From Eledone cirrhosa (taxonomy: Eukaryota): DNA of 64,000 nt. A program made the translations under genes and the position numbers. Each line of letters begins with the position of its first letter. Position 1 is the first letter of the stretch. Location of the stretch: assembly GCA_964016885.1 (NCBI GenBank), contig OZ024741.1, forward strand, positions 384,896,001-384,960,000, in the 5' to 3' direction. Below are positions 15,260 to 33,532 of the stretch, one piece after another. The notes beneath the pieces were generated by a model that searched no databases, was not told the origin of the DNA, and worked only from the letters and a program-made list of their open reading frames with translations.

Positions 15260-15944
15260 TTCAGTGGATGGAAAAAAGCAAGCGTGGACTAAATTCCAAG
15301 ACATTGAAAAAATCACTGCCTACTTGGTCGGTGGCAATCAATCACGTGACATCGAGTTATTTATTTGCTAGCATAGGTATGCATCTGTATATATATGTTG
15401 GTAGATATACTAATTCTTTATAATTATCTCCAAATTATTTTGTTGAGCAAAAATTTGCCAAAACTGCTACTATAGTTCATAGTAATATTTCAGCTACTGT
15501 CTTCTTAACACCCCACTCCTCACTGATTAACCTCGATGTAACATGATTGATTCTTTTGAATTTGCCACCGACCAAGTAGGCAGTGATTTTTTCAATGTCT
15601 TTGAATTTAGTCCACGCTTGCTTTTTTCCATCCACTGAATTATTTTTGTATAAGTTCGCTGTGTCCACGCATTGCCTGGGAACTTAGCTGAGAATAGACT
15701 TCCTGATGACGAAAGGCCTTCTCCATGTGTTCCATTCGGAAACCATGTTTATTCCCTTTCAGAAACTAATTAGTTGGAGTGAAATTTTAGTAAGTTAATT
15801 TTTATAATTTTCTTATTTTACGGCTTTCATATAATTGTTCTGCATCCTCTTGCATTGAACCACAAAGTTACTAAGACAAAACCTATATATTTGCTAGCAT
15901 AGGTATGCATCTGTATATATATGTTGGTAGATATACTAATTCTT

Positions 15945-15948
<4 letters not shown>
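15255..15948 (+). mobile_element. Non-coding HHR-bearing element (family C, ~527-nt unit) with inverted 5' piece
   Basis: ~58-bp direct repeat at 15363 and 15890. 15255-15357 is an inverted copy of ~15530-15645. Confidence 0.8.
15698..15780 (+). ncRNA. Type I hammerhead, family C
   Basis: acttc-CTGATGA-c-gaaagg..cctttc-a-GAAA-ctaattag-TT-ggagt. Confidence 0.85.
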
Positions 15949-15983
<35 letters not shown>

Positions 15984-15994
15984 GTATATTTATA

Positions 15995-16047
<53 letters not shown>

Positions 16048-16054
16048 GTATATG

Positions 16055-16301
<247 letters not shown>

Positions 16302-16302
16302 G

Positions 16303-16333
<31 letters not shown>

Positions 16334-16334
16334 G

Positions 16335-16385
<51 letters not shown>

Positions 16386-16411
16386 ATATATATATATATA
16401 TATACATATAA

Positions 16412-16501
<90 letters not shown>

Positions 16502-16502
16502 G

Positions 16503-16556
<54 letters not shown>

Positions 16557-16558
<2 letters not shown>

Positions 16559-16812
16559 TACGATATTAATAAATGGAAACTATATTTATAAAACCATATT
16601 TATTTCATTATACATATTTCAGGGATACCAAATTAAATTATGGTATAATTTAATTTGGAATCCCTGAAATATGTATAATGAAATAAATATGGTTTTATAA
16701 ATATAGTTTCCATTTATTAATATCGTATATCTACTCCAAAAACTTGTCGAGTGCTTTATATCAGTTATAAAAATATTTACTTGTTGTATCCCAACAATTT
16801 TAAATAGAACTT
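16557..16812. mobile_element. Fold-back palindrome (16557-16730) with probable 3' half of a hammerhead
   Basis: ~85-bp arms. The apex hairpin 16621-16665 is bounded by TTTC/GAAA and holds the only mismatch. Confidence 0.6.
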
Positions 16813-16816
16813 TTGC

Positions 16817-16961
<145 letters not shown>

Positions 16962-17008
16962 TATATGTATATGTATATATATATATATGTATATATGTAT
17001 ATATATAT

Positions 17009-17042
<34 letters not shown>

Positions 17043-17045
17043 ATG

Positions 17046-19617
<2,572 letters not shown>

Positions 19618-19985
19618 TAGCCCTACGTTATACCCTAACGGATAGCACGATCTATACGTGGATATTTACGTCTTGATGTGGGAGCTAAGTATGTTTTGTT
19701 TATTCCTTTACTTATTTGCATATATTACCCGTATGTTTTGTGAAGGTATGTATACTTTCTCGTACGTATATTTGACTGTTTTGGCGTATATCGTTTTTTC
19801 CCGTTCTTTGCCAGCGAACGTCACCATGAACCAAAGTATCGTCTTCCTGTCTTCCTCCGGTTGCAACGTTTTTTGAAATATCCAGTTCTGCGTTTACAGA
19901 TTGACTCTGTTAGTTTCAGAAGATCCCGTTAAGGGTGAAAGCAGCGATTCTTTGCTTAAACTTTAATCTGTTACTTTAATAAATA
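19618..19985 (+). mobile_element. Solo, internally deleted 3' end (pLTR) of the Naiad element
   Basis: Starts with the last codons SPTLYPNG* of ORF 27718..29187. Matches reverse complement of 27745-27560 joined to 26955-26760. Confidence 0.85.
19912..19962 (+). ncRNA. Hammerhead variant (CAGAAGA core) of the Naiad pLTR
   Basis: agttt-CAGAAGA-tccc gttaa gggt-GAAA-gca..tgc-TT-aaact. Confidence 0.65.
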
Positions 19986-21522
<1,537 letters not shown>

Positions 21523-24500
21523 CAATAATATCAGCTTACGCACCCCAATCGGGGCTGCCAGACGAACTTAAGGATAGGTTTTACGAGTCCCTAATACACA
21601 CTACTGCTCTAACAGACGACAAGGACTTCCTAATCATTGCAGGAGATTTTAACGGACACGTAGGTAAACACTGCGACGGCTTCAATAGAGTACATGGAGG
21701 CCATGGAATTGGCACAAGGAATGAGGAAGGATTCAGACTTCTAGAATTCTGCGACGCCAATGACATGTCGATATGTAACACAAACTTTAAAAAACCCGAC
21801 AACCACCTGATCACCTATAGATCAGGGGAGCACTCTAGTCAGTTAGATTTTATCCTCATCAGAGGACGTGACAGATGGACGGTCGTAAACACAAAAGCCT
21901 TCCCTAGTGAGGAATGTACATCCCAACATAGCTTAGTTGTCAGCGACCTCACGGTCAGAACTAGACGAGCCCTGAAACAGAGGCCAACCTGGAGAAGAAA
22001 GATCTGGAAGCTGAAAGTCCCCTCAACCAGTAACAGATTTAAAGATATTTTACTCAACGCCTACGACAGTAAAGAAGAACAGATAGAGACATTTAACGTA
22101 GAAGAGAACTGGGAGTTCCTAAAAAATAACTTACCTGAGGCGACGGATGAGGTTTGTGGCTGGAGTAAGACCTCAAGCAGGAGGAGAGTGACTTGGTGGT
22201 GGAACAATAAGGTAGATGAAGCAGTCAAGGCCAAGAGACAGGCATGGAAAGAATGGAAGAACGGGGGGAGCAGGGTACATTACATAGAGACCAAGAGGGA
22301 AGCTAGGCGACAAGTATACTTAGCTAGGAGGGAAGCAGAGGATAGAAAATTCAAGCATGTTTTACAACGTGAGGACCAGAAACAGGAGGTATTCAAGATT
22401 GCGAGGCAGTGTGTCAGAGATAGTTGTGATGTCATTGGAGAGAAGTGTATCCGGAATGATAAAGGTGAGCTTGCCCTCACAAGTGCTGAGAAGAAAGATG
22501 CATGGAAGAGTCATTTTGATAGATTACTAAATGAGGAGAATGCATGGGAAGAAGAGACCCTACCCCACGTAGACCCTATAGAGGGACCAGCAGTACAAGT
22601 CAGCGGCAGCGTAGTAAGTAAGGCAATCAGAGATATGAAGATAGGGAAGGCAACCGGTCCATCGGGTATAGCTGCCGAGATGCTGAAGGCATCTGGGTCT
22701 GTAGGTCACACTATAACCACACGTATCGTTAACCAGGTAATACTAGAGAGGGCCATACCAAAAGATTGGTGCAGTAGCATCATTGTCAACTGCTACAAAG
22801 GTAAAGGCGATGCACTAGATAGAGGAAACTATAGAGGTATAAAGTTGATGGACCAGGTCATGAAAGTAACAGAAAGAGTTATAGGACAGCTGATTAGGGA
22901 CCGGGTGAATATAGACGAGATGCAATTTGGGTTTGTACCAGGGAAAGGCACCACTGATGCCCTCTTCCTTGTGAGGCAATTACAGGAAAAGTACCTAGCT
23001 AAAAGTAAGCCACTCTACTTGGCATTTGTCGACCTTGAGAAAGCCTTTGACAGAGTTCCACGTGCAGTAATCTGGTGGGCTCTTAGAAAACTAGGAGTAG
23101 ATGAATGGCTTGTGAAAGCGGTACAAGCCATGTATAGGGGAGCAGTCAGCAAAGTTAGGATTAGCAATGAGTATAGCGAGGAATTTAGCGTACAGGTTGG
23201 GGTCCACCAGGGCTCTGTTCTTAGCCCTCTCCTGTTCATCATAGTCCTGCAGGCAATAACGGAGGAGTTTAAGACCGGATGCCCATGGGAACTCCTGTAT
23301 GCTGATGACCTCGCACTCATAGCTGAATCTATGGTAGAACTAGAGAATAAATTCCAAACCTGGAAGCAGGGACTAGAGAGAAAGGGCCTCAAAGTCAACA
23401 TGACAAAGACTAAGGTCCTTATAAGTAGACGAGAAAACAGAACCCAGATCCCCTCAGAGAAATGGCCTTGCTCAGTATGTAGGAAAGGTGTAGGTAGGAA
23501 CTCCATTCTCTGCCCCAAATGCAAACAATGTGTACACAAGAGATGTAGCGGGATCTCAGGAAGCTTAATTAAGAATGTAGGATTCACATGCAGCAGCTGT
23601 GCTGAAACAGCAAGCAAACAGCCACAGGAAACAAGTACCACCAATCTCTGGGAGGGCCCTGTAGAAACAGTAGACAGCTTCTGCTACCTAGGTGACCGAA
23701 TTAGCAACGGAGGTGGGTGCTCAGAAAGTACAATAACTAGGGTAAGAACGGGATGGAAGAAGTTTAGGGAACTACTACCACTGCTAGCTGCAAAAGGCTT
23801 CTCCCTCAGAATGAAAGGCAGACTGTATGATGCGTGTATCCGAACAGCAATGTTGCATGGTAGTGAGACCTGGGCGCTGAAGGTGGAAGACTTACGTAGA
23901 TTAGAGAGAAACGAAGCCTGCATGCTCCGATGGATGTGTAACAGTAATATACGTGAACGACAAAGCATAAAGGAATTGAGAGAGAGACTGAGCATAAGAG
24001 GAATCAAATGCTGCGTGCAGGAGAGGCGGTTACGCTGGTATGGACATGTGATGCGTATGAAGGATGACAGCTGCATAAAAAGGTGCAGAGCACTAGAAGT
24101 TGATGGAAACCGCGGAGTGGGGAGACCCAAGATGACTTGGGATGAGGTGATAAAAGCCGACCTTACCCAACTACACCTCTCAAAGTCAATGACACACGAC
24201 CGTGACTTCTGGCGTCACGCAGTAATACAGGGTACCCGACCTTCCATGGGTACATGCTGAAGCATATAAACAATATGCCCCCACTCCCCCCACCGCAAGG
24301 TGGTCGTGGAGGTGCCACGGCAAAAAAGCACCCAGCCCACACTGTAAAGTGGACGTGTAGGCGCCACGAAAAAGCACCCAGCACTCACTGTAAATGAGGT
24401 TGGTGTTAGGAAGGGCATCCAGCTGTAGAAATCAAGCCAGATCAGTTCCTGTATGAGCAAGGCATGGTCAGCCGACCAGACACCGCCCACAACAGGACAA

Positions 24501-24564
24501 CCCGTCTAACCCATGCTAGCGTGGAAGAACGGACGTAAAACGGTGATGATGATGATGATGATGA
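21523..24564 (+). mobile_element. 5'-truncated RTE-clade LINE with (GAT)n tail
   Basis: APE C-half + RT, then a 3'UTR ending cccatgctagcgtggaagaacggacgtaaaacg(gat)n. Confidence 0.92.
21525..24260 (+). CDS. RTE ORF: APE endonuclease (partial), RT and PHD-like Cys/His insertion
   Basis: Frame open from IISAYAPQ (21525). GDFNGHVG, LDFIL, NYRGIKL, FVDLEKAFD, GVHQGSVLSP, LYADD, CSVC..CPKC..HKRC..CSSC and RLRWYGHV motifs; no stops. Confidence 0.93.
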   Translation: MISAYAPQSGLPDELKDRFYESLIHTTALTDDKDFLIIAGDFNGHVGKHCDGFNRVHGGHGIGTRNEEGFRLLEFCDANDMSICNTNFKKPDNHLITYRSGEHSSQLDFILIRGRDRWTVVNTKAFPSEECTSQHSLVVSDLTVRTRRALKQRPTWRRKIWKLKVPSTSNRFKDILLNAYDSKEEQIETFNVEENWEFLKNNLPEATDEVCGWSKTSSRRRVTWWWNNKVDEAVKAKRQAWKEWKNGGSRVHYIETKREARRQVYLARREAEDRKFKHVLQREDQKQEVFKIARQCVRDSCDVIGEKCIRNDKGELALTSAEKKDAWKSHFDRLLNEENAWEEETLPHVDPIEGPAVQVSGSVVSKAIRDMKIGKATGPSGIAAEMLKASGSVGHTITTRIVNQVILERAIPKDWCSSIIVNCYKGKGDALDRGNYRGIKLMDQVMKVTERVIGQLIRDRVNIDEMQFGFVPGKGTTDALFLVRQLQEKYLAKSKPLYLAFVDLEKAFDRVPRAVIWWALRKLGVDEWLVKAVQAMYRGAVSKVRISNEYSEEFSVQVGVHQGSVLSPLLFIIVLQAITEEFKTGCPWELLYADDLALIAESMVELENKFQTWKQGLERKGLKVNMTKTKVLISRRENRTQIPSEKWPCSVCRKGVGRNSILCPKCKQCVHKRCSGISGSLIKNVGFTCSSCAETASKQPQETSTTNLWEGPVETVDSFCYLGDRISNGGGCSESTITRVRTGWKKFRELLPLLAAKGFSLRMKGRLYDACIRTAMLHGSETWALKVEDLRRLERNEACMLRWMCNSNIRERQSIKELRERLSIRGIKCCVQERRLRWYGHVMRMKDDSCIKRCRALEVDGNRGVGRPKMTWDEVIKADLTQLHLSKSMTHDRDFWRHAVIQGTRPSMGTC

Positions 24565-24588
24565 TATATATATAGTATATATATATAG

Positions 24589-24619
<31 letters not shown>

Positions 24620-24660
24620 TATATATATATATATATATAGTGTATATATATATATATATA

Positions 24661-25051
24661 TATTTCGTTTCTGAATTTGTTTAGCAAGATTCTTTATCCG
24701 AAATCGTGTGTTGAAACCGATATTGTTATACTTTGGGAGGGTCATGTTGCCAATAAGAAACACACGCACCAGTTGCTTTCACTTCAATTTATTATATATT
24801 TATAAATTCATAAATCTACAAATCTACAAACTTATAAATTATAAATTTCTGGTTGGTTGGTTGGTTCCACAACCAGATAGTTGTTTATATATATAGTCAT
24901 AGTCCTTTCGTCACACACTCTGTGACCAACCAGAAATTTATAATTTATAAGTTTGTAGATTTGTAAATTTATGAATTTATAAATATATAATGAATTGAAG
25001 TGAAAGCAACTGGTGCGTGTGTTTCTTATGCAACATGACCCTCCCAAAGTA

Positions 25052-25056
<5 letters not shown>
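24661..25056. mobile_element. Family G element: antisense arm truncated in its hammerhead plus inverted arm
   Basis: 24661-24927 is the reverse complement of 37073-37337. 24926-25055 is an inverted copy of ~24725-24857. Confidence 0.8.
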
Positions 25057-25136
<80 letters not shown>

Positions 25137-25257
25137 TATATATATATAGTATATATATATATACATATATATGTATATATGTATATATGTATATATGTAT
25201 ATATGTATATATATGTATATGTATATATATATGTATATGTATATATATATGTATATG

Positions 25258-26502
<1,245 letters not shown>

Positions 26503-26518
26503 TATATGTATATGTATA

Positions 26519-26626
<108 letters not shown>

Positions 26627-26759
26627 GTATATATATATATATGTATATATATATGTATATATATATAGTATAGTAATAATAATAAAATTGAAGACTAAAA
26701 TCCAAAGAGGGCTCGATAAGGAAAATATATATCAAATATATAAGAACCGTAGAGCAAAT

Positions 26760-29482
26760 ATTTATTAAAATAACAGATTAAAGTTTAAGCAAAGAATCAC
26801 TGCTTTCACCCTTAACGGGATCTTCTGAAACTAACAAAGTCAATCTGTAAACGCAGAACTGGATATTTCAAAAAACGTTGCAACCGGAGGAAGACAGGAA
26901 GACGATACTTTGGTTCGTGGTAACGTTCGCTGGCAAAGAACGGGAAAAAACGAATAATACGTCATTAATAGGAGCGGTGAAAAACAATTACGCGCAAAGA
27001 CAAAACCACGTTTATGGTATAAAAGAGGTCGTAGACTAATGTTCTCTTAGGTGGTGCATAGAGACGTTCTCTGGCAATGAACGAAAAACGAAGATAATAA
27101 GTCATATGTGGAGCGTGGAGAATAACAGCACGCAAAGACAAAACCACGTAAATGGTATAGCAGAAACCGTAGACTAAAATTCTAACTAGGAGACCAAATG
27201 AATCTCCGCTACAGAGTTAAGAACAAAGTAAGTAAATACAATACAGAAGTAATAGAAACAAATAAATACATACACGCAAACAGATACGTACATACACAAG
27301 CATACGCAAAACCTTACCATGGGTATACAAAACCACGCACATATAAATATGTGTGTGTGTATAAGTAAATAAATACGTATATAACAAGCGCACACGCATA
27401 CCTACATATAAATACACGAATGTTCGGAGACGTAAGTCAACTAAAACAAGAAGTACACATATACACACACCCACCATACGTACGAACCTGCACACTCACG
27501 CGGACGCAAAACTCCCGTATACACATAGCCAAACCCTAAATACCAGAATATGTAAAAATTATACGCTATAACAGTCAAATATACGTATGAGAAGGTATAC
27601 ATACCTTCACAAAACATACGGGTAATATATACTTACCTATGCAAATACGTAAAGGAATAAACAAAACATATACTTAGCTCCCACACCAAGACGTAAAATA
27701 TCCACGTATAGATCGTGCTATCCGTTAGGGTATAACGTGGGGCTGTAATACAGGAAAGTTTTGTGCAATTTATGTTTACAAGCCGAAATTGCCTCAGATT
27801 TTTTGTTTAAGATGTGGTCTGTAGCGTAGAGTATTTCCAGGGCCTCTGCGGCGCAGAGGTCACATGGTCTTTTATTTCCGTTATACGATCTAGCCCTAGC
27901 TAGGATCTCCCAGTGTAACTTATATTGGGTGTGGTTGTCTTTTAAACTCCAGATATAAGCTGAAAGTGACGTCATATTCCTTCTTAGAGGGTAACGAAAA
28001 GAATGGATATGCATGTAAAGACGCTGCTTGATACTATTGGCGGTTAACCCTATGTAGGCCCTACGGGACGTGGGTGTTACAACCTTACATTTGTAGACAA
28101 TGTTACTAGAGAGGCATTTCCCGGATAGGGGGCAATCAGCCCGATTCCTACAATTACAGTTAGTACTACCTACAGGGTTGCACGTGTTCCTACGGCTAGG
28201 TAGTTTAGCTAAATTTGAAGCTGTGATGTTATGTGCAAGGTTAGGAGTCGTAGAGTAAGAAATTTTAATAGTATTTCTATTAAAAATTTTACTATATTTA
28301 TGTGTAGGGGGAAAATGCTTCGTAATAAGGGAAAGAAAGATCTTAGCTAATGGTGTGGCCACCTCCATATTATATGGTGGGTTAAACCAACAAATGCGAC
28401 GGGATCTATTTCTTCTAGGTCTATTTTCGTACACTGTATATGCTACCTTATCGACAAATCCACTTCGAGCAAGAGCTTCATTGTAATAAGTGGAATGGTC
28501 GTTGAAAATGCGCTCGTTGGTGGAAAGACGGGAAAGCCTCAACGAAACGTTTCTTACCAGGTTCTTGGTTATGCTGGCAGGATGGTTGGAATGCTTACTT
28601 ATGTAATTAAGCGTATCATTCGGCTTTCTATACGGGTAATACAACCCATTCAATAAATTGAGGGTAACGTCGAGGTAATTAACGACCGAGAGATTGGCCT
28701 CAACCTGTATAGAGAGGTTGAAGCCTTTAAAGAAGGCTGTGAGTTCTTTTCTGAACCTGTCGCAAGCACGAGGTCCGCACTTAGTCATGGTCAAAAGACC
28801 ATCGTCACGATACAAACCACCGCCCGCGTTGGGGAATTTGTCCTTGATAGAGAAAAGAAGGAAAAGGCCAATAAGATCAGTAACCTCCGCAGAGTCACTG
28901 GCGCCCATACTCACGTCGAATGGGGTACTATTGGATTTTTTAATCCAAATAGAGTCGTCGAAATTAATCACCGACTTTCGGGCATTAAGGATGACATCAA
29001 CTTCGAAATCCTTAACCACTGTGAGTGTTTTAGCGAAATTGATAGCTCTAAGGATAAGTGGTAAAGTGATGGAGGAGTAGTAATTGTTGATGTCGAATTG
29101 GATAAAACGGCAATGTTCCTTGTTACATATGCCGTTGAACCAATCAATCACCGCGAAAGAATTGTTCCACAGTGCGAGAGGGGCCAAACTTCTAATTTCA
29201 GGTATAATTCTATCAAGAATCGTTTTACTAAGTCTACCTAAATCGGACTTCGTAGGGTTAATAAGCCGAATATATTAATGACGTATTATTCGTTTTTTCC
29301 CGTTCTTTGCCAGCGAACGTTACCACGAACCAAAGTATCGTCTTCCTGTCTTCCTCCGGTTGCAACGTTTTTTGAAATATCCAGTTCTGCGTTTACAGAT
29401 TGACTTTGTTAGGTTCAGAAGATCCCGTTAAGGGTGAAAGCAGCGATTCTTTGCTTAAACTTTAATCTGTTATTTTAATAAA
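26760..29482 (-). mobile_element. 5'-truncated Naiad-type Penelope-like element with inverted pLTRs
   Basis: 26760-26966 and 29276-29482 are inverted repeats, each with the CAGAAGA hammerhead (26782-26832 minus; 29411-29461 plus). Flanked by TA tracts. Confidence 0.88.
27718..29274 (-). CDS. Naiad-type PLE RT + GIY-YIG (5'-truncated, uninterrupted)
   Basis: RLINPTKSDLG, FDINNYY, FDVSMGA, GLYRDD, YRKPN, SNHP, WFNPPY, CNCx5CPLxGxC, IVYKC..YIGLT, CDLCxxE and LNKKSE..CKH motifs. Confidence 0.9.
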   Translation of the reverse strand, partial: YIRLINPTKSDLGRLSKTILDRIIPEIRSLAPLALWNNSFAVIDWFNGICNKEHCRFIQFDINNYYSSITLPLILRAINFAKTLTVVKDFEVDVILNARKSVINFDDSIWIKKSNSTPFDVSMGASDSAEVTDLIGLFLLFSIKDKFPNAGGGLYRDDGLLTMTKCGPRACDRFRKELTAFFKGFNLSIQVEANLSVVNYLDVTLNLLNGLYYPYRKPNDTLNYISKHSNHPASITKNLVRNVSLRLSRLSTNERIFNDHSTYYNEALARSGFVDKVAYTVYENRPRRNRSRRICWFNPPYNMEVATPLAKIFLSLITKHFPPTHKYSKIFNRNTIKISYSTTPNLAHNITASNLAKLPSRRNTCNPVGSTNCNCRNRADCPLSGKCLSSNIVYKCKVVTPTSRRAYIGLTANSIKQRLYMHIHSFRYPLRRNMTSLSAYIWSLKDNHTQYKLHWEILARARSYNGNKRPCDLCAAEALEILYATDHILNKKSEAISACKHKLHKTFLYYSPTLYPNG

Positions 29483-29522
29483 TATATATAGTATATATAT
29501 ATACAGTATATATATATATATA

Positions 29523-29592
<70 letters not shown>

Positions 29593-29873
29593 TATATAGA
29601 TATATAGTATATATATATATATAGTGTATATATATATAGTGTATATATATATATATAGTATATATATATATATATAGTATATATATATATATATAGTATA
29701 TATATATATAGTATATATATATATAGTATATATATATATATAGTATATATATATATATAGTATATATATATATATCTAGTTTATATATATAGATATATAT
29801 ATATTTATATATATATATAATATATATATATATAGTATATATATATACATATATATGTATATATGTATATATG

Positions 29874-29909
<36 letters not shown>

Positions 29910-30007
29910 GATATATATATATTTATATATATATATAATATATATATATATAGTATATATATATACATATATATGTATATATGTATATATGTATATATGT
30001 ATATATG

Positions 30008-30084
<77 letters not shown>

Positions 30085-30146
30085 GTATATATATGTATAT
30101 GTATATATATGTATATATATATGTATATGTATATATATATGTATAT

Positions 30147-30473
<327 letters not shown>

Positions 30474-30600
30474 GAGGGGATTAGGAGTGTGTACCACTCC
30501 ACTTATCCAATAGGCAGTATAAGGTTAGCTCGATGTCTGAGGACAGAGCCGTAATATAATCAATAACAAAGAACGCTTAGAGCATAAGTATATCTTTACT

Positions 30601-30646
30601 TGCTGACAGTGTTTCGTCCACACTATAAGTGGGACTCATCAGAGCA
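30601..30646 (-). ncRNA. Minimal type I hammerhead, family E
   Basis: Reverse complement of 31773-31818. Confidence 0.88.
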
Positions 30647-31772
30647 TAAAGAGTGATTACATATTACACAAGCAATAACAAAGGCAAGACATAAGAATAT
30701 ATATGGGGATGCAATAAGTTGGGAGGGGTTTAAAGAGTAGAGTAAATAGAGTGTAGAAAATAAAATTGGAGGATAAAGAATAGTGAAAAGTAAAAAAATA
30801 AATAATAAACATTGAAGAAATAAAAAATAAACATTGAAAAATAAGCATTGAAAAATAAGAGGTGCTATCAGTCACAGTTGCATTGCAATGGTCAACTCAA
30901 TCGAGTGTGGACATAGCACCTGTTGATTATAAATCTCATTTGAACATTTGATTGTTGTGACATGGCTAACTGTAACACTTAAGGCGTTCGTGTGCCCCTG
31001 ATATATTCAAGAAATATATTCAAAAAATATATATCTTATCTCACTTTACTTTATTTTATTTTATTTCATTGTATTTTATTTTATATAATTTTATTTTATT
31101 TTATTTATTCTTTACCCTTTATCTTTATTATCTGTATATTTTATATATATATTTTTTATATTTTATATTTTTTATATATATTATTTGTCTATTTTTTATC
31201 TATTTTTTATCTATTTTTTATCTATTTTTATCTACTCTTATCTATCTTATCTATTTTTGTCCATTCCTTATCTATTCTCTATCTCTTATCCATGGTTAAT
31301 CTATTTTTTACCTATGGTTAATCTATTTTTATCCTTTGTTTATCTTACTTTTACCCATTGTATTTTTACCCATTGTATATCCACCATTTGTCTCTTAGCT
31401 TTTGCATACTCGTCCATATGTTATTTGTATTAGTCTATACTATATGTGTTGCATATGGCTGCCTATTGTGTGGTTGCATGCGGGTGCTCATGCTTATGCG
31501 TATGCTTGTATGTAACTGTTTGTTAACAGCACCCTGCCCAACTGTGACTGATAGCACCTCTTATTTTTCAATGCTTATTTTTCAATGTTTATTTTTTATT
31601 TCTTCAATGTTTATTATTTATTTTTTTACTTTTCACTATTCTTTATCCTCCAATTTTATTTTCTACACTCTATTTACACTACTCTTTAAACCCCTCCCAA
31701 CTTATTGCATCCCCATATATATTCTTATGTCTTGGCTTTGTTATTGCTTGTGTAATATGTAATCACTCTTTA

Positions 31773-31818
31773 TGCTCTGATGAGTCCCACTTATAGTGTG
31801 GACGAAACACTGTCAGCA
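31773..31818 (+). ncRNA. Minimal type I hammerhead, family E
   Basis: tgct-CTGATGA-gtcc..ggac-GAAA-c act g-TC-agca. Canonical core with a GUC site. Confidence 0.9.
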
Positions 31819-31862
31819 AGTAAAGATATACTTATGCTTTAAGCGTTCTTTGTTATTGATTA

Positions 31863-31884
<22 letters not shown>

Positions 31885-31893
<9 letters not shown>

Positions 31894-32123
31894 TTTTCTT
31901 TTTTTCTAGTCGATCGACTTTCGTCAAATCGGACCGAGGAAACTATGTTTCCGTTGGTCTTTCCAATTGCTAATACTATCTATCGGTCGCAACTCCAGGT
32001 AGAAGGAGCAACGTGAAATAAAGTGTCTTGCTCAAGGACATAACGCATCGCCTGGTTCAGGAATCGAACTCACAACCTCACGATTGTGAATCCAATACTC
32101 TAACCACTCAGCCACACGCCTTC
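31885..32123 (-). mobile_element. Full-length tRNA-derived SINE with poly(A) tail
   Basis: Minus strand: A-box tggctgagtgg, B-box gagttcgattcc, tgtccttgagcaagacactt; T-run at 31885-31905. Confidence 0.85.
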
Positions 32124-32295
<172 letters not shown>

Positions 32296-32334
32296 ATATA
32301 TATGTATGTATATATATATGTATATATATAAATG

Positions 32335-32387
<53 letters not shown>

Positions 32388-32394
32388 GTATATA

Positions 32395-32457
<63 letters not shown>

Positions 32458-32556
32458 GTATATATACATATGTATATATATATGTATATATATATATATG
32501 TATATATACATATGTATATATATATATGTATATATATATATGTATATATATATATG

Positions 32557-32590
<34 letters not shown>

Positions 32591-32937
32591 TATACGTTAT
32601 TCCGGGTTGAATCGGAGGTAACCACAGTAAGTAAGGTACTCAATACATAGCAGAGTATAAAAGTTTTGACTGACCCCCCACTGATTTTATAGACATCTGT
32701 TAGCTTAAGAGAAACTTATTGACAAGGAATGGTATGCCATCCGGAACCTGTTTATAGAATTCTGTCTGCCCTTGTTACTCTAAAAACATAAATAAATAAA
32801 AATAAACTATAGCTTTGTAGAATTAGCTTTTAATGAATTCCCTTTTCTATCAACCAATGACCTGCACCCATCCCACTCCCCACCCTCTCCTACCACTTGT
32901 AGAGACCTATAAATACCATATTTATTTTTTGATACCC

Positions 32938-32988
32938 AGATTCCTGATGATTTCTAATGAATGAAACAGTTCTAGTCCTGTAGAATCT
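32938..32988 (+). ncRNA. Type I hammerhead, family F (within non-coding insert 32596-33004)
   Basis: agattc-CTGATGA-t ttc taat gaa t-GAAA-cag..ctg-TA-gaatct. Confidence 0.82.
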
Positions 32989-33003
32989 CATCTATATTAA
33001 AAC

Positions 33004-33124
<121 letters not shown>

Positions 33125-33125
33125 G

Positions 33126-33170
<45 letters not shown>

Positions 33171-33226
33171 GTATATATATATATATGTATATATATATAT
33201 ACATATATATATACATATATATATAC

Positions 33227-33281
<55 letters not shown>

Positions 33282-33298
33282 CATATATATATGTATAC

Positions 33299-33409
<111 letters not shown>

Positions 33410-33440
33410 CATATATATATATATATACATATATATATAC

Positions 33441-33529
<89 letters not shown>

Positions 33530-33532
33530 CAT

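Noticed and set aside
22280-24130. Antisense ORFs over the RTE (and similar ones over the CR1, PLE and Tx1 ORFs)
   Set aside because: These are shadow frames of the sense coding sequence with no independent motifs.
27718-29274. Possible selenocysteine recoding, as reported for some Naiads
   Set aside because: No in-frame TGA in this ORF.
31990-32123. tRNA gene (also 46881, 47357, 54478)
   Set aside because: A/B boxes are present but there is no cloverleaf; these are SINE heads.
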